Assembly: GCF_020745735.1 (NCBI RefSeq)
Contig: NC_083410.1
Location: 4,004,117 to 4,068,116, forward strand
Source: Hemiscyllium ocellatum
Taxonomy: Eukaryota
Direction of reading: 5' to 3'
Length of the DNA: 64,000 nucleotides
The notes beneath the pieces are model-generated. The model was not told where the DNA came from. It saw only the letters and a program-made list of their open reading frames with translations, and ran no database searches. Shown here one piece after another: positions 50,293 through 61,690 of this stretch; within the stretch, counting starts at the first letter, position 1, and every line of letters starts with the position of its first letter. The translations under genes were made by a program, and so were the position numbers.

Positions 50293-50771
50293 TCATTGTG
50301 GTCTCAACTGGAGATCATCAGGCAGAACACAGGATTAGTTAAATACGGAGCTAGAAATTACTTCTCAGCAACCTGTGGGGTTTGATCCCTGACCTTGAGG
50401 TCTGCAGTTAGGGGCACTGCCAGTGTGCCACAGCCCCCTGATCCTGACATTGGTTACACGTCTCAAGGGCAGCAGCTTCTCTCAAACAAATGGCTAGAAC
50501 CATTTGTCATTCCCGTTGCTGTTCATTCCAAGGCAGTTGTTGATAACACATGAATACACAGTGGGTTAGGGTGATGTGGGAGGGGAAAATTTTGTCACCT
50601 CAAATGTGCACAAGCTGCCAGCAGCTCCTGGTCAGACTTTTCAATTAATTAGCTCAAGAACACAGACACACAGTTTAATGGTCAGATAATTAGATTTTTA
50701 TTCAGAAACTGGTCATATCAGTGAAACCAACTGAAACTGAAACCACAACTGAAAATATCTGATGAACACAC

Positions 50772-50871
50772 TTGGCCAAAAAATAATCAACAAAGATGAG
50801 CAAAAAGAAAACACTCAGACCACAGGTAGCAACTGTTATTCCCTGTTGTTCATGATATCATTTTCCAGTCT
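50772..50871 (-). pseudogene. Gene B candidate transmembrane exon (early stop)
   Basis: gtcag|ETGK*YHEQQGITVATCGLSVFFLLIFVDYFLAK|gtgtgt; phase 1 to 2 like the gene A TM exon; about 450 bp downstream of the gene B V exon. Confidence 0.35.
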
Positions 50872-51318
50872 CTGACTTCAACATTTGAAAGCCATATTAA
50901 GTTAAAATGTGGACTGGCTCAAATTAAACGACAACAACTTATATTTTTATAGTGCCTTTAACACTGGAAAACTTTCCAGGGTTTCTCACACAGAGTCACA
51001 TGGGGAGAAATTAGTCTGGGTGACATTCCACAAGGGCAGCTGAGATTAGAAGGAATTTCATCAGCCAGAGGGCAATGAATCTGTGGAACCTATTATGCAA
51101 AAGGCTTTCGAGGCCAAGTCATTGAATGTATATAAGACAGAGATATATAGATTCTGGTCAGTAAGGGAGTCAAAAGTTATTGGGTGTGGCTAGGTGAATG
51201 AGGTTGAGAAACAGGTGAGCCATGATGGCAAACGAGGCTCGATGGGCCAAATGGCCTCCTTCTGCTCTTATATCTTATGGTTTTATAGATTAGACTGAGG
51301 GACAGTAATTGAATGGGT

Positions 51319-51633
51319 ATAGCCCCACACATTGCAGGTAGAGATGGCAGTGTCACTGGGCTGTACGTTTGTAATGGATAGAATGAAGCTATTCTGGGAC
51401 GGCTCTGTGGAAAGTTGAAATGAAGCAGGAAAGCTGGAGGAATTTCCTGGTGAATTATTTCTGGAATGAGCTCTCATCTTGTCCTTTCTTTTCCTCAGGA
51501 ACTGTTGTTACCAATGAATGATCATTTCTTGCAGCTTGATGTTCCTCATGGTGCACAGTCATTCTCACTGTCTGACCCTCTCTGACACGATGAACTGTTG
51601 GAAACTGAACTCGCACTGGATTGAACATGGCAC
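51319..51633 (-). pseudogene. Gene B V exon (frameshift, stop, J end lost)
   Basis: tttccag|GAMFNPVRVQFPTVHRVREGQTVRM(fs)CTMRNIKLQEMIIHW*...NSFILSITNVQPSDTAISTCNVWGY. Same family as V1/V2; stop at 51508-51510. Confidence 0.8.
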
Positions 51634-51739
51634 CTGGAAACAGAAAATAAAGATCACTTTAAAAGCATTAAGGTCAGGTAGTAATCTGCATCTGACAATA
51701 CAAATCTGTGTTTTCAATTGCTCAACCCCTCTGTTATTT

Positions 51740-53200
51740 GAACTTCCTCATTTCTTACCATTTAGTGTGTAGTCCCTAGTCCTGTTACTTTTTCCAAAGT
51801 GAATCTCCTCACAGATATCAGGGTTTAATTCTAGCTGCCACTGATCTGGCCATCTGACCAATCCATTTCTATCCTCCTGCAATCTAACACCATCCTCCTC
51901 ACTTTCAACCACCGGACCAATCTTTCTGTCATCTGCAAACTTATTGACCAAACCCCATTCTTGGAACTGCATTGTTTGTATTCCTATTGATTTCCTGCAG
52001 TATATACCTAAACTGTTCCATTGCTAAAATAAACATAAGTGATTTGTGGTCACTATCACCAAAGTGCTAACTGATCTCCAAATCTAACACCCGGCCTGGT
52101 TTATTACCCAGTACCAAATCCAATGCAGCCTTGCCTCTTGTTGGTCTACCAACATACTGTGGCAAAAGTGAGGACTGCAGATGCTGGAAATCAGAGTCTA
52201 GATTAGAGTGGTGCTGGAAAAGCACAGCAGGTCAGGAAGCATCCGAGCAGCAGGTAAATTGACGTTTTGGGCAAAACTGATTCCTGATGAAGGGCTTTTG
52301 CCCAAAACATTGATTTTCCTGCTCCTTGGATGCTGCCTGACCTGTTGTGCTTTTCCAGCACCACTCTAGACTACCAACATTCTGTGTCAAGAAACCCTCC
52401 TGCACACATTGGACAAAAACTGATCTATCTAAAAGTACCCGAACTATAGCATTTCCAATCAATGTTTGGAAAGTTAAAGTTCCCCATCACAACTTCCCTG
52501 TGACCCTCACTCCTATCTAGAATCATCTTTGTGATATTTTCCTCTACATCTCTGGAACTTTCTGGAGGTCTGTTGAAAACTCATGATTTGGAGATGCCGG
52601 TGTTGGACTGGGGTGTACAAAGTTAAAAATCACACAATACCAGGTTATACTCCAACAGGTTTAATTGGAAGCACACTAGCTTTGTGCTAGTGTGCTTCCA
52701 ATTAAACTTGTTGGACTATAACCTGGTGTTGTGTGATTTTTAACTTTGTAGAAAACTCACAACTGTGTAACATCTCCTTTCCTGTTTCTAATCTCAGCCC
52801 ATACTACCTCAGTGGACGGGTCTCAAATATCCTTACTGCCACCCTCATACTGTCCTTAACTAACAATGCCGCACCACCCCCCTTTTTTTTAAACCACCTT
52901 CCCTGTTCTTCCTGAAACGTCTAAATCCCAGAACCTGCAACAACCATTCCTGTCTCTGCCATATCTGTATCTCCGAAATGGCCACAACATCAAAATCCCA
53001 GTTACCAACCCATTTTGCAAGTTCACCCACCTTATTCTGGATGCTCCTAGCATTGAAGTAGACATACTTCAAACCGCCTTCCTGCCTGCCAGTGAACTCT
53101 TGCGACCTTGAAAACTTAGTTCTGACTTCACTACTCTCAACCTCATGTACACTGAAGCTACAATTCAGGCTCCCAGCCCCCTGCTGAATTAGTTTAATCC
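51740..53200 (-). mobile_element. CR1 fragments (EN region) interrupted by two Penelope-derived hairpin elements (about 52163-52370, 52583-52749)
   Basis: YFNARSIQNKVGEL...WDFDVVAISE; TSDs ctaccaacat(a/t)ctgtg and gaaaactca. Confidence 0.75.
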
Positions 53201-54299
53201 CTCCTGAAGAGCATTAGGAAATCATTGCCCTCAGGATATTGGTAACTCTCTGGTTCAGGTGTCAACCATCTTGTTGATTGCCACCTCAACCAACATCTTC
53301 AACACTGAAGGGCAGTCTGTACCATCAACAAGATGCCTTTCAGTAACTCACCAAGGCTCCTCCAAAGAACCTTATGAGTTCACAGCCTCTCCCATCTGAA
53401 AGGACAAGGACTGCAGATACATGGGACATCACCTCCTTTAGGATCCCCTCCAAGCCACTGACTATTCTGACATGGAAATATATCATCATTATTCCACCCA
53501 ACACCAAGGTGACCACAACAGTTCGGGAAGGTCGCTCACCATCACCTTCTCAAAACATAGAAACAGGACTTCTAGTAGGCCATTCAGTCCATTGTGCCTT
53601 TACTATCTTTCAAGATAATCATGGCTGATCATCCACCACAGTCCCCTGTTTATGCTTTCTCTTCATATACTTTGATCCCTTCAGCCCTCAGAACTATTTG
53701 AACTCCTCCTTGAAAACTTTCAATATTTTGGCCTCAACTGCTTCCTGTGGCTGACAATTTCTGTAATGGAGTATGAAGAAGCAATGTGTTATAATGAATC
53801 AAAAATGTTTCCCTTATCTGTGAGCTTCATTCCATGTTATCCTGGTCTAGAATGATTTCCTGCCATTAATAATAATTTCCCAGACCATTACAGATTCAGG
53901 AACTGGCTGAATATATCCCTTGTCCAACTGGACCTTCCAAAACTCCTTGAAGATTTTACTCTAAGATTATCATGCAACAAAATGCTCTCAGCCTTTCTTG
54001 AATGTTACATTATTCTGCATGAAAGCTTGTGATGTTGGTGATTATTGCTTCTGGGAAAAAAAATAATATCCGAGGGCAAATAGTAGACTTCAGGGAGAGA
54101 AGAGACTGGGAGAGCACATTGCAGAATTGATGCAATAGAGTCAAGGATGTAACAGTAGTTTTAAAAAATGACACTCACATTTGACAAATAAATAAAACTT
54201 AACGTGACCTACAGCTTTCATTATCATAGCATAACAATGAAGGAATTTGTACAAATCAGTTCAAAGGTCCCTCCCAACAGGATTCATTGGGATGGTTAT

Positions 54300-54326
54300 T
54301 TTGCTCATCAGAATTTGCTGTTGTTG

Positions 54327-54357
<31 letters not shown>

Positions 54358-56050
54358 CAAGTGTTTTCCATTTCCTCATCAGAAACACAGAATGACTGGT
54401 TTACAAATTCTTGTTAAAAGCAACAGCTTGCAGCAGCTGTTAAGAGAAAATAAGCTGGCTTTCTTCGGGCATTAGTTAGCTTTTACTGCAGAGAAAAGGA
54501 CTCCACCTCAATTTCCAGAGGTCCGATGGCTTCTGGCTATGATCATTCACACTCACAAGTTGTTCAGCCCACAATGATGTGGTGACGTCAGTGTTGGACT
54601 GGGGTGGACATAGTCAGAAGTCACACAATGCCAGGTTATACTCCAATAAATTTATTTTAAATCACAGGTTTTCAGATCACTGCTCCTTCATCCTATGAAG
54701 TGCCAACAATCACACAATTGTTGACAGGCATTTAGCCTTGTCACAGAAAACTGGTCCCCACTCCACAGATGAGTCAGCTACTTGTTGCATCTCCTACATC
54801 CCCATGCTGCCACTTTGTCGGCAATAAATACCACCACCCGCACTGACCCTCAAACTGGGCCTCTTCTGGGGTAGTGTGTGCAGTTCTGGTCACCCTGCTA
54901 TTGGATAAAAACATTATTAAATTGGAGAAGGTTCAGAAAAGATTTCCAGGATGTTGCCAGGAATGGAGGGTTTGAGCTACAAAAATAGCCTGGGAGTTTT
55001 TCCACTAGAGCATTGGTGGTGGAGGGGTGACCTTATAGAAGTTTATAAAATCATGAGGAGCAAAGATCAGGTGACTAGCCGAGGCATTGTCCTTTGGTTG
55101 GGGGAATTCAAAACTCAGGGGCACATTTTTAAGGTGAGAGGAGAAAGATTTCAGAAGGACATGAGGGGCACTTCACCTGAAGAAGGGACTATACTCCAAA
55201 AGCCTGTGATTTCAAATAAATCTGTTGGATTATAATCTGATTTCATGTGACTTCTGATTTTGTGGATGAACACAATAATGCCGTTTCAGAACTAATGCAA
55301 GTTTCGAATCCAAAAATCAAGATAACATCTCCTCCTATTTTCTGTTGCAGACATCGGCCCTGCAAAGCTCTGCAGAAGACATAACATGTTAAGGAAGCCT
55401 CTCCTCACCTTGAGCTGCACCGCCCCCTCGGCCCTTTCTTGCCACTTCATTCGAAAACACCCAGAGACTGGAAACAAATCTCTGTCACCGGCAACGCAAT
55501 ACACATATGGTGCGCATGCTCCACCGTTCATGGCTTGGGCTCCGACTGTGCGCCTGCGCATTGCACTATACTGTCTTGCGAGATGGGGAAATTGCCTTAG
55601 CCGCAGGGACTCCTGGGTATAATGCCTGCCATTGAGAGACGTATAGTCTGATAGTAATTGTTTTCCGGGAAAGGAGTTGTGTCGTTAAATGTTTATGTTA
55701 ACTTATCGTTTTATCCATCTCAAACTGATATTCAGCACAAAGCTTCCTTCGGGTGATGAATTGCAGCATTGTCACAACACATGGTGACAAAGCAGGCGAT
55801 AAAGTGTTGAGAATTGATGAGAAGTTATTGGATAAACTATTGTTTCTCCAAGTTGACAAAATACAGGACCGGATGTGATGTATCCAGTCATCCTCAGTGA
55901 ATGGGAAGGAAAAATTGTGGAGACATTGGCCTTAATCGCTCAGTCCTCCCTTAACTTAGGAGAGGAACCAAAAGAATGGAGACTTGCAAACATCATGCCC
56001 TTTTTGACAAAAGGTTATAAATTTAAGCACAGTTATTATAGACCAGTCAG
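54300..56050 (-). repeat. Left arm of an old inverted duplication (promoter, exon 1, micro-exon, shared CR1 fragment)
   Basis: Collinear blocks match 57360-59690 in opposite orientation. Confidence 0.8.
55409..55671 (-). promoter_or_regulatory. CpG-rich promoter and first exon with NRF1, GC-box and STAT (GAS) motifs
   Basis: TGCGCCTGCGCA 55549-55560, TGCGCATGC 55511-55519, CCGCCCCC 55420, TTCCGGGAA 55663-55671; donor AAG|GTGAGG at 55409/55408. Confidence 0.6.
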
Positions 56051-56149
56051 TGATTATCAGTGAAACAACTATTTGTGATAAAATTGATAGTAACATGGAA
56101 AAAAATTGTTTGAATACAAACTGTCAGCATGCATTTTTAAAGGGAAAAG

Positions 56150-56620
56150 AATAGAGGGGAGAGAATGAGAAAGCCAGAAAGATAGGCCAACGGGGGAGAG
56201 GGTTATACAGGGATATAGAAATGAGTGGTGAGATATTTTAAAAAAGAGAGATGAAGAAATAATCAGAAGCAGTGAGAGACACAGAGAGAATCGCAGACAG
56301 AGAACTAAAAATTAGATAAATGGAGACATCAAAAGAAAGCAAGCAAGGGACAGAGTAAGGAGCAATAAAAGGCAAGCAGGGTGCACATGAACCAGAGATA
56401 AAATAGTGAAAGGCAGACAGGCAAAATGAGAGAAGAATAAGTCAGATGCAGGCAGGCAGTGCGAATGAAAGGAAGAAAGATCAGTAGCAGAATTTAATCC
56501 TGATAACTGTGAGATGATGCACATTAGAAGAAGTAATAAGCCAAGGGAATAAGCAATAAACAGGAGGATACTGGGAAACAGAGAGGAACACAGAAATTTT
56601 AATGTGCTTGCCCACTGATC
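56150..56620. repeat. AG-rich low-complexity spacer
   Basis: Strong purine bias (gagagaatgaga...). Confidence 0.7.
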
Positions 56621-56649
56621 CCTAAAGGTATCTGGGCAGAATAAATGGC

Positions 56650-57260
56650 TCATTAAGAAGGCATTTGGGATGCTTGCAATTTCAGTTGAGGTACAGTTTA
56701 TAAGTGTGGGTTAGTTATATTCCAGCTGTGCAGCACAGTGGTGAGGCCTCAGCTGGAGTACGTTGTGTAGTTCTGGTCATCACACTAAAATAAGGATGGA
56801 ATTACCATGGAATGGGGTGCAAAGGAGAGTGACCAAGATGTTCTGTGAGATAGAGCATTTCAGACACAAAGAGAGACGATAAGTTTGGGTTGCTTTCTTT
56901 GGAGCAGAGAGGATTTTGGAAGGGCTGTGATAGAGATGAATACAGTTATGAGAGTTATTGACAGGTTGATTGGAAAGCAGCTGTTACCATTAGTCAAAGA
57001 GTCAGGAACAAGGGGGCATAAGTTTAAAGTAAAGGCAGGAGGTTCAGTAGAGATTTGAAGAAATCTTCTTCACCCAGAGGGTAGTGGGTGGAATGCACTG
57101 CTTAGGAATCTAATTGAGTGGGGAGAACTCACAAATTCAAATACTACATGGATAAGCACTTAAAGTATCATCTTGTTGTGTACTTGGGCATTTCGTAACT
57201 TGCTCAGTGCAGGAAAGACAGATTTTTAGTGGTGCAGAATCCCTTGTAAATCTTTCCCCT
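56650..57260 (+). mobile_element. CR1 3' fragment
   Basis: gaggcctcagctggagta...ttcttcacccagagggtagtgg. Confidence 0.7.
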
Positions 57261-57359
57261 TTCACCTTAAATCTATGCTCTCTATTTTTGGACTCCCTTC
57301 CCAAGGAAAAAGAGCTTTCCCATTCAGTTTTCCATGCCCTTTGTGACATTATGAACATG

Positions 57360-59690
57360 TATCAGATCAGCACATTTATCACCTTATGACGTCAAAAGGC
57401 ACACAATGTTTGCAACTCTCCATTCTTTTGGTACTTCTCTTGAGTTAAGAGAGGGCTAAGAGATTACCCCAATGTCTCCACAATTTTCTCTTTCGCTTCA
57501 TTGAGAATCATTGGTTGCAACTCATCTGGTCCTAGTATCTTGTCAACTTGGAGAAATGATAGCTTATTCAATAACTTCTCATCAATTCCCAATGATTTAT
57601 CACCTGCTTTGTCATCACGTCTTCAGCTACAATTGTGTTGTGAAAATGGTGGAAGATTTCAACTGAAGGAAGCTTTGTGCTGAATTATCACATCAGTTTG
57701 AGATGGGCATTGTGGTACATTATTTCCATTGGTAATTATCTGAACATCTAGCTCCATAACAGGAAGACAATCACAATCAGAGTGTATGTATGTCGATGGC
57801 AGCAGGTGTATCCAGCTGTCCCTGCGGTTGAGGAATTCCCTGTCCCGCCAGCCCAAATTTTGTAATATGCATGAGTGGCACAGATGTTAGACCATACACT
57901 GCACATGCACATTGCTGATTCTATCATGCCAAGGTTTTGTTTCTCTTCCCCGGGTCTTTCTGAATGAAATGACAGGAAGGGCCCAGAAAGCAGAGTCAGC
58001 CAGAGGTCAGGTGAGGGGAAAATTCCTTAACATTGTGCTGCTTCCGCAGGGCTTTTCAGGGCTAATGTTTGCAACAGAAACAAAGATTAGGAAAAGGAGG
58101 TGGCATTTCCAACCCGCTCCTCCATTCATTATGGTCAGGGCGCATCATCCATGGGTTGTATCCAACACAGAATCACACAGCATGGAGACAGACCCTTTGG
58201 TTCAACTATTCCATGTTGTCCATGATCCCAAAGTAAACTTATCCCACTTGCCTACATTTAGCCCACATCCCTTCAAACATGATATTGTAAATGTACCTGT
58301 ATCCACCACTTTTCGCCCTGTGCAAGGTGGCAGTGGGGTAGGAGTCTCCAGTTGGAGCTCCTCTGCTCACCAGTTCCTTTTCCCTGCTTTCTTTTTTTCC
58401 CCTCTTTCTTTCCCCTCTCTCATAGTACATGTTTCCTTCTTCCTCCCTGCCTCCAACTTCAACAAACCCACCAGGAGTAAAGGAGATCAGACGGGAGCTG
58501 GACACATCGGACGTTTCCCACAGCAGCAGCAGCATGGTGGTATGGAGCGACGACAGCAGGAAACACATGGGCCAAGCTGAAAACCAGAGCGACAACCAGA
58601 CCGACTCCCAGAGTGACAGCCAGGCTAGGTCCCAGAGGGATAGCCAGGCCAAGATCCAGAGGGACAGCTAGGCCGAGACCCAGAGGGACAGTCAGGCCAA
58701 GACCCAGAGGGACAGTCAGGCCAAGACCCAGAGGGAAGGCCGGGCTGAGACCCAGAGGGACGGCAAGGCCGAGACCCAGAGGGACAGCCATACCGAGACC
58801 CAGAGTGACGGCTGGGCCGAGACCCAGAGTGACGGCCAGGCCGAGTCCCAGAGGAAAAGCTAGGCCAAGTCCCAGAGGGACAGCCAGGCCAAGACTCAGA
58901 GGGAGAGCCAGGCCGAGACCCAGAGGGACAGCCAGGTTGAGTCCCAGAGGGGCGGCTGGGCCGAGTACCTGAGTGACAGCCAGACCAAGACCCAGAGGGA
59001 CAGCCAGGCTGACACCCAGAGCAATCGCTGGGCTGAGTACCCGATTGACAGCAATATCAAGACTCAGAGCAACTGCTGGGCCAAGTCCTGGAGTGACACA
59101 CTACTCCAGAAGAGGCCTAGTTTTAGGGTTGGAATAGAATGATTCAGTTTATTGTAGACAAAATGGCAACATGGGGAGGGAAGGAGATGCAACGTGTCAA
59201 CAACTGATCTGTGCAGTGGAGACCAGTGACAAAGGTCTTCTGCCCAACAACAACTGTGTGATTGCTCACTGTTCACTTGATGAAAGAGCAGTGCAATGCC
59301 AACTTGTGATTTTAAAAAAAAATTAGATTATAGTCTGATGTTGTGTGACTTCTGACTATGTCCACCCCCGTCTAACACTGGCACCGCCACATCATTGCTG
59401 GCTGAACAGCTTGTGAACGTGAATAGCTATAGCCAGAAGTCATCAAATCTCTGGAAATTGAGGTGGAGGCTTTTTCTCTGCAATATAAGCTAATGAAGGC
59501 CAAAGGAAGCCAGTTTATTTTCTCTTACCAGCTGCTGTAGCTGTTGGTTTTAAACGGAAATGGTAAACACATCATTCTACATGGAAGTTGTAAACACCTG
59601 AAAAGAGTGAGATAGAGAAAGAGAGAGATAGTGAGAGAGAGATAGTGAGAGAGAGATATCAACAAACAGAAAATTCTGATGGACATAACG
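57360..59690 (+). repeat. Right arm of the inverted duplication (CpG-decayed copy, with insertions)
   Basis: gaaggaagctttgtgctgaat, gtccctgcgg, CAG|GTGAGG at 58010/58011, ttctcttaccag acceptor at 59531 all mirror the left arm. Confidence 0.8.
58610..59100 (+). repeat. 24-bp minisatellite, about 20 copies
   Basis: Unit ggcc(g/a)agacccagagggacag(c/t)ca. Confidence 0.9.
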
Positions 59691-60903
59691 TACATTCATT
59701 CACAGACAAGGAAACTGTCTGCAGAAATAGTTTGGACTGTTTTTTTAAAAAAAATACCTGAAAGAAAGACAATCCCAGTGGGGCTAGGAAATCCCATCAG
59801 AAGGTTGAATGTGTTAAATTCTCTGAGTTCCTTAAATTGCTTGTTAATGAGGCTGATTCCTGAAAGTTAGACAATGATGGGAGATCTTCTATTATTCAGA
59901 TTCCAATGGGAAATTGTTACAAATCCTAATATTGGAAACGTTATCTCTACAAATACTTCATGTAGAGATTTTTTCAGTTTTTTTCTGTGCCTTTTATTGA
60001 CCGAGAGAGAGAAATTATGCAGCTGGTCCTGCTGGAAGATTTCTTCTCTTTTGATCAAAAGAGAGGGACCTTTTATCACTGCTTTTCATCAGCTTGACAA
60101 TTTTGCTTCTCCTTAAGTATTGAAACAGTTCCATATTCCATCTTTTCATAGATCATGCACTTTTATGTCATCCTAATGTAGGTTTCTGTTCAGTGTTTTT
60201 GTGACAGAACTTTAAAGGCTGGTTCTGATGTGACTTTACATGTTTAATGACTTTTTTCAACAAAAGAGAATGCCCTCATCTCTGACTGCTCCTGTGCACC
60301 CATTAGAATTGCATTTTTAATAAAATTGTCTCCACTGCTCTTATTTCTCCATCCAATCTGAGTATCCTCACATCTCTCCACACTACATTTGATCTGCTAT
60401 TGGCTGCTCACTCCCCCACAATGGGGCAAGTAGAAGAGAAAGCCCCAGGAACTAACTGAGCCAGGATGGGGTCTGAAGCCAGGCTCTCAGTAACATTCAA
60501 ACATGAAGCTTCAGGTAAATATGTTGGAAACTCCCAGAATATAATGATCATTCTTCCCTCGTCAAATGGCTCAGATGGCTGGAATATAATGCAGAATAAT
60601 GACAACATCTCAGCTTCAATCCCAGTCTCAGCTGTGGGAGCTCATTGAGAGCAATCTCCTCCCCTTTTCCCAGGATAAAGCTCCACTTTTCTCACTTTTC
60701 TCCTCCCATTGTCAAAAAATATCCCTTTTCTCCCCAAACCCTGACCAACATTGAACCTGTGTTCAACTTCCTCCCCACAGTGAATCAATCCCAAAGATCA
60801 CTCTCCATCACCACCTCAATCTTCTTGATCACAAACTGATTTCCAATTCATTCATTGGACACAAGGTTTTATTGGAGATAATTGTCGTGTAAACTCTACG
60901 TAC

Positions 60904-61236
60904 TGTCTACAATGAGCAGGCTTCCTCTTTTATAGATCTTTCTCCAGACTGAGCAGTAATGGATCCCAGGGTCACTGGGCTGTATGATTGCGATGGTCAG
61001 AATGAAGCTGTTACTTAAGGGGTCTATGGAAGGCTGGAAATGCTTGGTGAGACTGGGCTCCATTGTGTTTGATTAAAAATGCAATGTTCCAAAGTCTACT
61101 TCATTGCTTACGGTAACAATAAACATCAGTGTGTGTCACACCAGTGATGTTCCCCACAGTGCACGGTAACTGGGCAGCGTGACCCTCGGTGACATGTTCC
61201 AGGATCGGAGACTGGAGAAGGACTGGACAGATGTAC
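60904..61236 (-). pseudogene. Gene C V exon (paralog closest to V1; multiple lesions)
   Basis: PVLLQSPILEHVTEGHAAQLPC...THTDVYCYRKQ*...HFQPSIDPLSNSFILTIAIIQPSDPGIHYCSVWRKIYKRGSLLIVD|gtacgt; the downstream intron matches V1 (gtagagtttac..gacaat). Confidence 0.85.
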
Positions 61237-61411
61237 TTTCAAAATAAAAAGACACAAAAAATGAACATCAGACTGATTGTTCTAAACTCCTGCCAGGATT
61301 TTAAGGGAGTCTCCCAGTAGTCTGAGTCCTGCATTACAGAGAGAGAACAGATTGTCAGACTGAACCAGTTGTGATGGCTTGTTCCTGATTGATGTCCTGA
61401 CTATCAGTCAC

Positions 61412-61456
61412 TGTGTGCTAAGAACAGTAATGCAGATGTTGCTATAGCAGTGACAT
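61412..61456 (-). pseudogene. Gene C leader exon (45 nt; 1-nt deletion from a 46-nt phase-1 leader)
   Basis: ATG TCA CTG CT- ATA GCA ACA TCT GCA TTA CTG TTC TTA GCA CAC A|gtgact = MSL(L)IATSALLFLAH, about 175 bp upstream of the V exon. Confidence 0.55.
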
Positions 61457-61504
61457 GTTGAGCTCACACTGTTGAACTGCTGTCTGACATAAGCTAACTC
61501 GACA

Positions 61505-61690
61505 CGCACTTAGTTAAAAATCACACAACACCTGGTTATAGTCCAACAGGTTTAATTGAAAGCACACTGATGAAGGAGCAACGCTCCGAATGCTAGTGTG
61601 CTTCCAATTAAACCTGTTGGACTATAACCTGGTGTTGTGTGATTTTTAACTTTGTACACCCCAGTCCAATACTGGCATCTCCAAATCATC
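61505..61690. mobile_element. Penelope-derived hairpin element (second family; related copy at 52583-52749)
   Basis: gttaaaaatcacacaac...aggtttaatt / aattaaacct...gtgtgatttttaac arms around ctgatgaaggagcaacgctccgaa. Confidence 0.75.

Noticed and set aside
57912-58972. Long ORFs (222, 137, 119, 110 aa) as protein genes
   Set aside because: They run through a decayed promoter, a SINE/CR1 tail and a 24-bp minisatellite; no domain signal.
59867-60079. Minus-strand ORF with PILGFVTI as the gene C TM exon
   Set aside because: The hydrophobic run is too short and preceded by charged residues; no basic stop-transfer or suitable donor.
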